Assembly: GCA_965644295.1 (NCBI GenBank)
Contig: CBFFRP010000111.1
Span: 1 to 64,000 of the forward strand
DNA length: 64,000 bases
Direction of reading: 5' to 3'
Source of the DNA: Paraphysomonas bandaiensis
Lineage: Eukaryota; Protista; Chrysophyceae
The notes beneath the pieces were generated by a model. It was given only the letters and a program-made list of their open reading frames with translations, was not told where the DNA came from and did no database searches. Position 1 is the first letter of the stretch, and each line of letters opens with the position of its first letter. This document shows positions 38,701-50,606 of the stretch, piece after piece. The translations under genes were made by a program, and so were the position numbers.

Positions 38701-39172
38701 AGGGAAGAGCAATACGAGCGTGAAGGCTTGGGAAGTTGCTACTTATTCAGACAAGACAAATTAAATATTATCGATGCGACTAGGACTGGTGGGATGGCCA
38801 GGTACCGTGTTTGTGATATATTGCTGTAAACTTGAGTACCCTGTACATGATTTTTTGTTCATTTTGTTATTTGATGTTAGGTTTATCAATCACTGCTGTC
38901 AGCCGAACGCTTACGCTCGAGTAATATCCACTTCAAAAGTCATACCAGATAGTGATCCATCTGAATTAGTGATGTCTCGTTATCCAACTAATGTGGAGGA
39001 CTTCACGTCTTTGGATGACCCCGATACTATCGAAGATAAACATATCGTTATATTCGCCGCACGTACTATTCACCCTGGTGAAGAAATTACTTATGATTAC
39101 AAATTTCCAATCGAAGAAACGAAGCTTAGGTGTTTTTGTGGGGCCCCCAGGTGCCAGGGAACGATGAATTGA
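29769..39172 (+). CDS. Trithorax/MLL-like histone H3K4 methyltransferase: Tudor-like x2, several PHD fingers, bromodomain, 39-aa repeat tract, extended PHD, FYRN/FYRC, SET, post-SET; many exons
   Basis: PHDs (CGLC...CSVC...HQHC...WRCWHC; QCNECHRWVHSMC). Bromodomain FLEPV..YFDVIRNPMDLSTM...NAVTFN. ePHD WAHVNC...CTHC..GASIAC...FHFRCA. FYRN YIYPVGFRSTRIFWS. SET IHGWGLFA...VEYIGE...DAT..G.MARFINHCCQPN...GEEITYDY. Post-SET CFCGAPRC. Confidence 0.93.
34538..36070 (+). repeat. Coding minisatellite: 13 full copies of a 117-bp (39-aa) unit plus a partial copy
   Basis: Unit ADSKSEGMEVTTGSSDQISRSVVESVSVGNGVDMSGVSA. Unit starts fall at 34538, 34655 ... 36059 with exact 117-bp spacing, in frame in ORF 34142-36925. 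Confidence 0.98.
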
Positions 39173-40148
39173 AGATATAGTATTATGCTAGCGAAAACTG
39201 AATTTTCTAGATGTTTTTATAAACTATAAATAGCAATAGTATGATAGTCAGCAGGGTGCAATTGGCATTCTAATATTTCCTGCTTGTCAATCGTGAAGTA
39301 TTGGCGTGTTGTATTGATTCTTTGCGTGTACATGTCAGGGGCATTTCAAGAGTATACATGGTATCTAGAATACTGACAGAACTACATACAATAAGTGAGG
39401 GATACGTGGACTCGCTCTACAGAGCTAGGACCTGGTGGATGAGATTAGGAGTAGATGGGAAAAGAGGTTTGTGGGCTTCTAAAGAGACATTAATGAAGAA
39501 TAAAGATGTGGTCAATAGCCATCGAACATCGACATCTCTGACTACAGATCCAACTATGGCTTATATTTTCCACCCGATATACTTCCCTACGGTTAAAACA
39601 CCTTGTACTCCTACAAATCTACCCTGTCTATCTGTACATTCGTCATGTTTACATTCCTTACTCGGTCCTGCGTCGTGAATGTTAGAAAATGACATAACTG
39701 AACAATATTTTCAGTCTAAACTTAGATTAGTAGTTAGATGCACATAGTAACATATAATCAACTTATGATAAGCATTTGTCATTCACTGTATATCTACACT
39801 ACCCATCATTTCCATATCACGATGCTATACTGTCAATATATTTCAGTTCCACTACTATGACTGCTATATCCACTTCTGTATTCTTCCAATAGCAGTCATA
39901 AATTCCAATACAGCTTTTAATTGCTCTCAAAAAGCAAAACTTAACATTCAACTCCACTATATGTGTAGTACTGTAGTACTTGACCCTCAATAAAGTCGGA
40001 CGCGCACCTCTTTGTGATGTTCTGGGGCAAAAGTAACGGAGATATTTCTCCGCCGGGAAACGGGAAACTAACGTGAACTGAATATGTCGTTAGCAGTCAG
40101 CAGATACAGTTCTGCCCACTCATAGCCAAATGCTTGTGTGGTACAAGG

Positions 40149-40285
40149 CAGGGCATGGCAACCATTAGTGGCCCATTAATGTCAGTCCAGTTGCCGGCAA
40201 TTACAACAGCATTAATGAAAAATGTCCTGGCAATTATTATGGCATTACCATTAATGTCGCTACCATTAACGGTTACCAGGCCCTG
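40149..40285. mobile_element. 137-bp hAT-type MITE with 15-bp TIRs and 8-bp TSD
   Basis: Left TIR CAGGGCATGGCAACC and right TIR GGTTACCAGGCCCTG match at 13/15. Flanks GTACAAGG (40141-40148) and GTGCAAGG (40286-40293) match at 7/8. Confidence 0.85.
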
Positions 40286-41038
40286 GTGCAAGGTACAAGG
40301 GACACAAATAGGTGTAGCTTGTGTAGACCTCTTTGGGCCTTGACGAAAAAATAGGCATCCGGGAATGGGCCCACTTCAAGGACATCCGGGGTTTGGGATG
40401 CCTACTGAAGTCAAGAGTCTGGGCTGTTCACCTTAAGGACTAAAAAATCCTGAAGTCAGCAGATATCAGATATATCAACATTCTGCTTGCTCACTGCGTT
40501 TGCTTTGAGTGATAGAGCAAAAGTGGTTGTACCTTGGTGCTTGCGGTGACGCACAAGCCGCTTTCGTAGCGCTAACGCGCAAACTAGTAGACTAGTAGGA
40601 TATCAGAGTTAAGTACTGACTCTTCAACGCCTACTGCTAACAATAGTACATTCACTACTGTAGGATATTATAGGGTAAGCACGTATGGAGTAGAGTGAAG
40701 TACAGTTGGATAACACGAGAGAGTTATGTGTTATGCAAGTACAGAAAGCCGCTAAACCGGCAAGTTCAGTAAATTTGAATATCAATTCGTATGCAAATAC
40801 AATTAGTCCTTTTATAAGCATCGTTCTTACCAGCATGATTATTCAATTTCGTATAGTACTTTTTATTTATATCAAAAATTATATCAAGAAATGACCCTTA
40901 TAATTGTAATAATCAACTGATGCTTGTTATGAACTATGAGCATGCGTGACCACGATGCAATGCAAGCAAAGAATTTATAGGTTTAAACTGCATTATAGTG
41001 ATAGTTTCAGCCTTCGGAGAGAATGGCTGTGACAGGCA

Positions 41039-42496
41039 TTAAACAAAGCGGCCTCCAAATCTTTTTAGGTGTTTCGTTGTTTGGGCAATTCCGTTTTTGA
41101 TGATGACCTTATGAACAGCTGCCTGCCATCTGCGCACAGCAACTTTCCGGGGAGCTGTCTTACCACCCTTAGGTGAAGCCACCTTTTTTAAGGTTTTAAC
41201 TGTATCATTGATGATATACACAATTTTTTCAGCCTTCGCGGTCATATCCTGAATCTCCGCGTGCATATCCGATATCGATTGCATAGTACTGGATATCTCC
41301 TCTGAAGAGGACACACGGCGGCGAACGACTTTCACTGGAACAACTTCTGACGGAATATTAGATAATATTTCGATAGTTTTCCCGTCGTAGGATGTACTGA
41401 AAGAAAGTGTTTTACATAGCTCGCCGTCACTTTGAGTGGTGGAAGATAACTGGAGGCGGGATAGTAGCATAGAGGACATCAATAGACGACGCTCTTCGTC
41501 AACAAGCATGTTACGCAGAGCACGAGTCAAGGGTACACCTTCTTGTTCTTCTACAGCTTTTTCTCGCTCCTGGACTTTTGCTTCTAACACATCCACCCCT
41601 ATACACTCCAGTAAGCGGGGCTCGCTGACGTATAATCGGGGCAATTCAACTCCCTTCGCCTGATCGAACCCAATGATTTCAACGCATTTCGGGCTAATAT
41701 GTAGGTATAAAAGAATGTCGATATTATCTTTGGAGCGCCAGAAAAATTTACTCCCGCTGTATAGCTCGTAACATCTTGAATTGGGCTCAACTTGTTTGCT
41801 ACTTCCAGGACGACTCATCGATTGCTCCAAACATTCCATGTTGGATGCGTGAAGACTCTAAGTAAGTAGTGTCAGAATTCTATTTAAAATTGAAAGCAGC
41901 ACCTACCGAGTACTTAATATGATTGTTCAGTTTTTCAGGAGTAGAAAAGACCATCTTACAGAGCAAACATGCGGGCTGGTCATGTACGGAGTCCCAGGAA
42001 TCTAAGGCAAACTCATTATATAAATACATTTTCATTGGCATGTGAACTTACCGTTAGCTTCACTTCCAACATTCCGTTGAGCTGTTGATGAAAGCGTTGG
42101 CACAGAGGAAGATTCACCAAGAGACTGTGCCTTAGTTTTCATAGCATCTTTCTTCTTATTAGATGCACTCGACTCAGCAGTAGGCAGCTCATCGAATGAT
42201 CTATTACGAGCATGTGATATTTTCCTGTTATTCGTTGGTTTAGGTGGTTTAGTAACTGGATCTTCTGGTCGTTGTTCTGCATGAGAGATTCCTCTTCCTA
42301 GTGGTTTAGATCTCGATAGAATTCTAGCAGGAGGTACAGTCATATCTCTGAGAGATCTCTGATAGATCTCTGACAGAGATGAGAGTGACTCTTCATCACT
42401 TAATCCATTCGTTTTACATCTTTCATATTCTTGTTTTATTAAACGTGCAATTTCAGCACTTTGTTTTGGTGATAATGAACTTGTTCCTCCTCCCAT
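41039..42496 (-). CDS. Hypothetical protein with N-myristoylation motif and a C2H2 zinc finger, 3 exons
   Basis: Starts MGGGTSS (MGxxxS). Splicing gives CLLCKMVFSTPEKLNNHIKYS|SLHASNM, a C2H2 finger resembling that of RBM5/10, and joins the 41039-41839 ORF. Confidence 0.75.
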
Positions 42497-42745
42497 CTAG
42501 ACGTGTATGTATGTATGTATGTACTTGATAGTGTCTCTATTAACACAGAGAGACACAGAGAGATGTGAAGGATAAGGATGATTGAAACGGAACTAGAGAG
42601 TGTTGAGATGATTGTGGAGATGGAGAGGAGAAGGCATGGAATTCTTGTGAAAAGATCTCAACCTCAACGGAAGGAGAGACAAAATATGCCAATAGAACAA
42701 AATTTGGTTGATGTATTTGTACACCACTGGACACCAACTGTACCT

Positions 42746-43202
42746 ATACACACATACATACATACCTGCATACATACATACATACATACATACATACATA
42801 CATACATACATACATACATACATACATACATACATACATACATACATACATACATACATACATACATACATACATACATACATACATACATACATACATA
42901 CATACATACATACATACATACATACATACATACATACATACATACATACATACATACATACATACATACATACATACATACATACATACATACATACATA
43001 CATACATACATACATACATACGTACATACATACATACATACATACATACATACATACATACATACATACATACATACATACATACATACATACATACATA
43101 CATACATACATACATACATACATACATACATACATACATACATACATACATACATACATACATACATACATACATACATACATACATACATACATACATA
43201 CA

Positions 43203-43232
<30 letters not shown>
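42746..43232. repeat. (TACA)n microsatellite, ~120 units
   Basis: Near-perfect array with one CGTA variant at ~43021, between divergent genes starting at 42496 (-) and ~43371 (+). Confidence 0.99.
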
Positions 43233-43233
<1 letters not shown>

Positions 43234-43370
43234 CTCTCAGTATCTTCCGAGTGCTTCTTCGTGTTCTGGTATTGCGGTCTGTGTGTGTGTTTGTTCGTAT
43301 GTATTACGGCGCTGTAGTCGTGTGTTAACTCCCGTCGTTTCATGTGTATGAGGCTCTTCTCTCTGCAGTG

Positions 43371-44686
43371 ATGAGCATAGCAGCAATGCACTCACGTGCT
43401 AATTCACTTGCAGTTCTCTCAGAATGTTATTACCGGAGTACAGTTTTGATGCGTATATCAACATGCTGGAAGAGAGCGTGCAGCTCTGTCAGATTGATTG
43501 ACTTGAGAAGCGACACAGTAACTCAACCAACGCCTAAGATGCGTGAGTTAATTGCAGCTGCAGTTGTTGGAGATGACGTGTATGAGGAAGACCCGACTGT
43601 TAAAGCATTAGAGAATGAGGTGGGCTCTCTGCTAAACATGGAGTCTGCTCTATATTTTCCCACTGGCACAATGTCTAACTTAGCGGCAGGTCAGTAATTG
43701 ATCTTCTTATCATTGTTAAGAATGTATGTTCGTACTCGTTGTTTAATTGATCTGATAATGATGCATTCCTGTTAGTGTTTTCTTGGTGTGACCGCAGAGG
43801 AGCTGAAATGATTGTGGGAAACAGGAGTCACCTTTTCATGGACGAACAGGGCGGAGCAGCTCAATATGGAGGTGTATCGTCCATGCCACAGCAGACCATT
43901 GAAAACGGGACTTGGTGTGTAGATACCATGGAATCCAGCATCCGTAAAGCTCGTCTCCATAACCCTATCACCTGCCTGATAGCTCTCGAAAATACTCATG
44001 CCAAGTGTGGAGGAAGGATTGTACCCCAATCCTTCGTTGAGCATGTAGGAACAGTGGCAGCTGCACATAATATTCCACTACATATGGATGGATCTCGTAT
44101 TTGGCATGCTGCAATAGAGGGGGAGGTTCCTGTTAGCGCCCTAACAGCTAGTGCTACGTCGGTTTCTGTTTGTCTTTCCAAGGGTCTTGGTGCACCGATG
44201 GGCTCAGTTCTGGCAGGACCTGATGAGTTCATTCGTAGAGCGAAGAGGGTGCGAAAGGGAATGGGAGGTGGTATGAGGCAGGTGGGGCATATGGCAGCTG
44301 CTGGGTTGGAAGCATTACGGTACTACAAGGAAAGCTGCAAGGCCTCCCACATTAGCAAGACAGCTCATAATCGTAGCGAGGTCACTGAAACAAGAGGGGT
44401 GAATCTTGGTGCTGATCATAGAAGGGCTAAAGATTTAGGTGTTGGTGTAGGAAGTGTGGATGGATTTTGGGTAGATAACTCGACAGTAGAAACTAATATA
44501 GTACTAGTGAGAGTAGATAGCGATAGATTCACAGCTGCAGATATTGTTCAAGAGCTACGTGCCCACGGAATACTATGCGTGCAAGCAGGACTAAATGTTG
44601 TTCGTTTAGTTACACACATGGATATATCTGATGCGGATATTGATTCTGTCATAACAGCTTTTCATCTTATCAACAATTCCAAATAA
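43371..44686 (+). CDS. Low-specificity L-threonine aldolase (GLY1/LtaE family), 2 exons, probable organellar presequence; exact start uncertain
   Basis: [57 protein letters not shown] (PLP lysine), GGGMRQ.G. Intron ~43690-43775. Confidence 0.95.
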
Positions 44687-45152
44687 TTGGCGATAAATGT
44701 TGGATTGATTATTGGAATTCATCTTGAGTTTTTTTTGTATGTGTTTTGTAAATGTAAATCACTAATATCTCAAGGTGTGATCCATTTCGCTTGGAAATTC
44801 TTCGAAATGTACGTGGTGTAGTTCATTTACAGGTGTAGAAATTATTGCGTTTCAACTATATTTGATATTCGTTTGCTGCGAACTACTTTTCTCTATTTGT
44901 AGTAAATGTTAATTTGGTTGGAATGGTGTTTATATACCTTTCATCTTTCATTAATATAGCACTACGACATGGATATCGATAGTCATCATTATAAAAGAAA
45001 ATGGCTAGACGGATGTAGTGGCAATAGCAATTTGTTACTGTAGAAATGCAAGCTGAACTTTGAGTAAAGCTCTCCTGCAACATTGATTAGTTCATATCCT
45101 TTCGACAGTTTATATGATGACGCAACAGATACCGTCATAAAATAGGTGTAAG

Positions 45153-45445
45153 TATTAGAATATGGACTGTATCCTAGTATATTCAATGTGGTACTTGAAG
45201 ACAATGTACGAGAATACAGTGAAGTATGGTGATGTGTAGATGCTGTTATGATATTGAGAAAACTGAAATAGTTTGCTCTTTCAAGATATGTTTAGTAGCG
45301 AAAGGTCTACAGAAGTAGTGATTTATGCATGGCACAAAACGAGCTTGTGTTGTTTAACACAATTCGTGTAAACGATATTAATAAATCTATCTAGTCTAAC
45401 AACTTAATCTCTCTTTGATCTAAGTAAAATGAGCATTTCCCAACA
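45153..45445 (+). repeat. 5' LTR (TATT...AACA)
   Basis: Direct repeat of 50314-50606, immediately followed by the PBS. Confidence 0.96.
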
Positions 45446-48400
45446 TGGTAGCGAGCGAGGAGGAGAGAAGGAGGATAGAGGAGTAGTTCCTCAGTTCAAC
45501 GAGACTAACGTTGAACAATGGATTGAGGACTTCGAGACATTCCTTATGAGGAAGGAACAAAGCGAGGTAGCGGTGGAACTGCCACCTAAGGAGAGCGACT
45601 TCGGGGAGCAGCCACTTACGTTGATGGAGGAGAAGGCGTACAGACAGGCTGTGAAGAGGTATTGGAAGGCGAACGCCATAGCTTATTCTTACTGCAGGGA
45701 TGCGGTGCAGCATTCCCCGAAAGCGCTGCGTAAATTCCATCTTACCCACAAAGCGTTCAAGGCAGAAGGGAGTGGTGTAAACAGGTTCAAAACACATGTA
45801 ATGATTGATGAGTTGAAGAAGTGTTTTGCTGGAGGGAAGCAAAATAGGATCAGTGACCTCTTAACTCAATATGGTTCTTTCCGTATGCGTCCGGAGGAGA
45901 CGGCGAAGGACTACGTACTACGGTTCGAACTACTGCTGAAGGAACTACAGGAGCAGCAGCAGGATATCTCGGAGGTATCAAAAACAAGTCGACTACGAGA
46001 AGGCTTGCTCAATGAAGAGTATGCTCAACTGAGAGTTGGATTATACTTGATGGATGATGATGTTAATTATGTAACTGTATCACGTAAGATAGAAGGCTAT
46101 GATGATACTATGGCTGGGAAGGAAGCGTTGGAGAAGAAGCGTAAAAGAGTGGAGGAGCTGAACCTGATAGACAGTAAGAAACGATATCGCAGAGAGAGGG
46201 ATCATCGTAAGAAGAACAACGGTAAGAAGAAGCCGATGAAGAAGGATACAGAGATTACAGGGCAGCGACCTGGAAGTGCCGAATATACTGGGTGCAGAAA
46301 TTGTAAGTCAAAGGAACATCTTGCCATCGATTGTCCAGCATCGAAAAAGAAGTACTCGCAAAGCAAGAGCAAGGCTGTGAGGTTTCAAGATGGAAGGAAA
46401 CCAGACAAAAGACTACTTACAGTTGAAAACATCAGGCGTGGAGAGCCAGCGGATTTGTCTGACGAAGACGAAGCAAATATGATCGAGCAACAGGAAGAGT
46501 ATCACTTGTCATGTAATGTGTATGAGACGAATATATGCAGTAGTGTGCATGAGGATATTCACTATACATACATTGATACCTGTTGTTCGTCATCAATGTT
46601 TTTGATAAATGATGTGAATATACTTGATAGTCATATGCACACATCAAAGGTTATTAATGGTTCGAAAAAAGGGTCAGAGATATGCGTCACGAGTGTAGGT
46701 TCCCGTGGAGCATGGAAGAACATTGAGGTATCAAGTCAGATAAATCGGTGTCTTTGTTCTGGACGGAAGTTGAACGATATGGGATATCGATTTACTGTAT
46801 GGTATGGTATACAGATATATGACAGAAATACGGATGAGCTGGTGTTGGAGGGACCTATGAAGAATGGAATGACTGCTGTGCCAACACAGCAGTTATTGGA
46901 GCTTCCAGACGTATCGACATCCAGTGATTCAGAAGTAAATCTCAGTGACCGTACGGGTGAGGATGAACTGGAGCTGTTACATAGGAGAGCGGGTCATTTT
47001 AACAAGCATGCGTTGGTAGAAGCCCACAAAAGAATGCTAATTATTGGGACTGGACTGAAACGAAAACATCTCTCGAAACGTGTTTCCAAAGAACAGTGTC
47101 TATGTGATGTATGCGCCAGGGCGAAGATCACCAGAGTAAGTTTTCGGACAAAGGATGAGGACTCCGTTCGTCCAAATTTCTCGGCCGATATAGCAGTATA
47201 CTTAAATTGTCCAGCTCGAGGAGGGGAAATATATGTGCTCAAACTAACACACCATGCCAGTCGGATGTTCTGGTCGGAAGGGCTTGTTCATAGGACTGGG
47301 TCATCGGTACTGCAGGTTTTCAAGAAGATTTTTGAAGGAGATGTGAAAAGGTACAAATTAGAAATGCATCATTACCATGCAGATGGAGCAGGGGAGCTAA
47401 TATGTGATGAGCTGCGACAATATCTTAGGTCACAGGGTTGCTATCAACATACGTGGAGCTCTACGGACTCTCCTGAGATGAACGCGATTGAGGAGCGGAA
47501 ATTCAGGACCTGTGGTGAGATGACATTAGCGATGCTGATTCAGTCAGGATTGCCTTCACAGTTTTGGCTAGATGCCTACATGGCAGCCAGGTACATATTA
47601 ATTCGATTGCCTACAAAGACAGCGAAGGGGTATATGTCCCCTCTTGAATTTTTGACTGGTGAGGCTCCCAACCTGAAATATCTCAGAGTATGGGGGTGTC
47701 GTGCGTATGTCCTCACTACAAAGGCGGATCGACGGAAAGACTGGGACGACAAGGCCCTTATCGGATATCTGATAGGATATTCAGATGAAAAGGTAGGATA
47801 TGATGTATATCTACCTGCGACTGATAGGGTCGTCACGTCGGTACATGTATTAACTGATGAGTCCATACCGTCACGCTCGGAGAGCTATTTCGCTGAGATA
47901 GATGCTCTTCGAGTGAAGGAGGCCGAGAGACCGAAAATTGTGTCTGACTATGCGGGCTTAGAAGGTACATATCATATTGATGATGAGGATGGTCTTCTCT
48001 ACAAGACCACGAGAGTAGTAGAACGAAAGGGGGTAATAGTAGCCTATCGATCTCTGGTAACTGCAGGTCGGAAGCATATCGAGCACCGGGTGCCGATTCA
48101 CGTCGAGGACGTAGTGCGAATGACTGCAGAAACTCCCGGGAATACCGGATATATAGGAAAGGGGGACGCCCTGAGTACTATGCCAGCCAGGGTGCTGGAC
48201 CAGGGAAGACCTGGAGGGTTACAGGAGAGTCCTGACCCAACCTGTCAGGAGACAGCTGTGAGGTTGCAGACCTCTGAAGACTATGAGTCTGGGGTTGTGA
48301 GCGGGGCTCCTCCCACAACGCACGATGTGCGTGCTCAGGATGAGCAAGGTACGGGTTCTTATATACCTCGTCGACCGATTGAACTAGATGGTGATGGTCG

Positions 48401-50140
48401 GGTCCGACGCAAACGGCTGCAGCGGAGACTGGCAAACGCGTCAGTTTTAGGAGAGATTAATATGGTTGAAGTACCGGATGCGCATAATATTGATCTTAAC
48501 CATGCAGAGACAGAAGATATCAAGATACCAAATTCATATGCCGAGGCAGAGAGATCTCCACAGTATCAACAATGGAGAAAAGCTCGAATGGTGGAGAAGA
48601 CATCATTGCTGAAAAGACGTGTCTTGAAGATCGTGAAAATTCCAAGCGGAGTGAAATTAGTTAGAGCGAAATATGTGCATACGGTGAAGCGAGACATACT
48701 AGGGAATATAGTAAAGTACAAGGCTCGGCTAGTGGCATTAGGAAATCTCCAAGAGAAGAAGGAGGAGGAGCCGTCCACTTTCGCTCCAGTGGTTAAGGGT
48801 ATAACCATTAGACTAGTGTTAGCGATTGCGTTTATGTTACAGATGCATGTGCATCAATTAGATGTATCATCCGCATTTTGCTATGCAGATCTGGAGGATG
48901 ACGTGTATATGGCACCTCCACCAGATGAGGAATTACTAGCTGGATGGTGTTTTCAACTAATCAAGGCATTGTATGGACTGCGATCTTCACCGCGACAGTG
49001 GAATAAACATATTGACAAGTTTATTAAATCATTGCATTTTACTCCGTGTATTTTGGATACGTGTTTGTATATGCGATGGAGTAACGGAAAACTGCATTTA
49101 TTATTGATATATGTTGATGATATCATAATTGCATCCGCTGATCTGACTTACTTGGAAAGCGTAAAGCGTAGGTTCTGTGAAACATTCGAGATGCATGATC
49201 TGGGAGTGTGTAAGCGATTTCTGAACATCAGGATAACCAGAGGAGAAAATTGGTATATGTTAGATCAATCTGAGTATGCTAAGAATATTATCAAGAAATT
49301 CAGCTCAGTTATGGGAAAGAGTAGTAAGAATAAGGAGGCCCCACTACCTACTAATGTTCAGGATCTGTTGGCAGAGGAACGTGAACTTACGGAGGAGCAG
49401 AAGCAGTGGGTTGACTCATTTCCGTATCGGCAAATTATTGGAGCAGTGTTGTATCTAGCAATGCATACTAGACCTGATCTGGCTTATGCAGTGGGGTTAT
49501 TGTCTCGATTTAGTAGTTGTCCGACATATGCATCGTGCAAACTGGCGATTCACTTATTGAAATATTTGCGTGGAACAATTGATGAGGGCATCAGATTCAG
49601 TGGGAGTGAGTTCGACTTACATGTGTTCAGTGATTCAGATTGGGCTGGTGATAGACTGACTCGGCGATCGACAACAGGATACATTGTGTTCTTATGTGCA
49701 GGCGCATTGGCCTGGCAGTCTAAACTACAGACCACAGTTGCAACTTCGAGCATGGAATCTGAATATATGGCGGAGTATGCGGCTATGCAAGAACTGGTGT
49801 GGCTTCGGGGGTGTTCAAGGAGCTCGGGCTCTTAGTTGCGAAGCCGACTCCATTCTTTATGGATAGCAAGAGTGCGAAAGATCTCTCCGAGAATCCTGTG
49901 TATCATAAGAGGTCGAAGCATATAGACATCAAGTATCACTGGGTGAGAGAGCATGTAAATGGAAAATTTCCTACGGCAAAGTTGATTCATGTGTCGACGG
50001 ATGATATGGCGGCTGATATTTTCACGAAGGCATTGTCAACGAAACTTTTCAGTCGTCATGAGAAAACTATTACCGGGGTTAAGAGAAGTGTGTCAACCAG
50101 AGTTGAGGAGCAGCAGAAGAAGCGACCCCGAAGAGGTTAA
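45429..50140 (+). CDS. Copia gag-pol polyprotein, with a single frameshift in RNase H at ~49807-49811
   Basis: Zinc knuckle CRNCKSKEHLAIDC; protease-like YIDTCCS; HHCC region LHRRAGH...CDVC; integrase D(SAD)..D(ADG)..E(EER); RT YKARLVA, QLDVSSAF, KALYGL, YVDD; RNase H SDSDWAGD...SSMESEY, continued in ORF 49799-50140 (DSKSA..NPVYHKRSKHIDIKYH, ADIFTK). Confidence 0.95.
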
Positions 50141-50313
50141 AGGTGTGTTTTAGTGGGTGAGAATCCCACATAACTATATATCTAGTTGACTGCTAGTTAT
50201 ATATGTATCTTGATAAGATTTCACATCTATTTTACCTATGAGACTAGTTTATAGCATGAAGATCACTGTACTCATTGTTGTTTCGTATCACTGCATTCTA
50301 CATTGAGTGGGAG

Positions 50314-50606
50314 TATTAGAATATGGACTGTATCCTAGTATATTCAATGTGGTACTTGAAGACAATGTACGAGAATACAGTGAAGTATGGTGATGTGTAG
50401 ATGCTGTTATGATATTGAGAAAACTGAAATAGTTTGCTCTTTCAAGATATGTTTAGTAGCGAAAGGTCTACAGAAGTAGTGATTTATGCATGGCACAAAA
50501 CGAGCTTGTGTTGTTTAACACAATTCGTGTAAACGATATTAATAAATCTATCTAGTCTAACAACTTAATCTCTCTTTGATCTAAGTAAAATGAGCATTTC
50601 CCAACA
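50314..50606 (+). repeat. 3' LTR
   Basis: Copy of 45153-45445, preceded by the PPT and followed by the TSD. Confidence 0.96.

Larger units (their letters stand above)
45153..50606 (+). mobile_element. Full-length Ty1/copia LTR retrotransposon, recent insertion
   Basis: 293-bp LTRs at 45153-45445 and 50314-50606, with no mismatch seen by eye. 5-bp TSD GTAAG (45148-45152 and 50607-50611). PBS TGGTAGCGAG at 45446, PPT GAGTGGGAG at 50305-50313. Domain order gag-PR-IN-RT-RH. Confidence 0.97.

Noticed and set aside
30003-39172. Alternative genetic code or stop read-through to explain fragmented ORFs
   Set aside because: The breaks I checked are explained by short canonical GT-AG introns.
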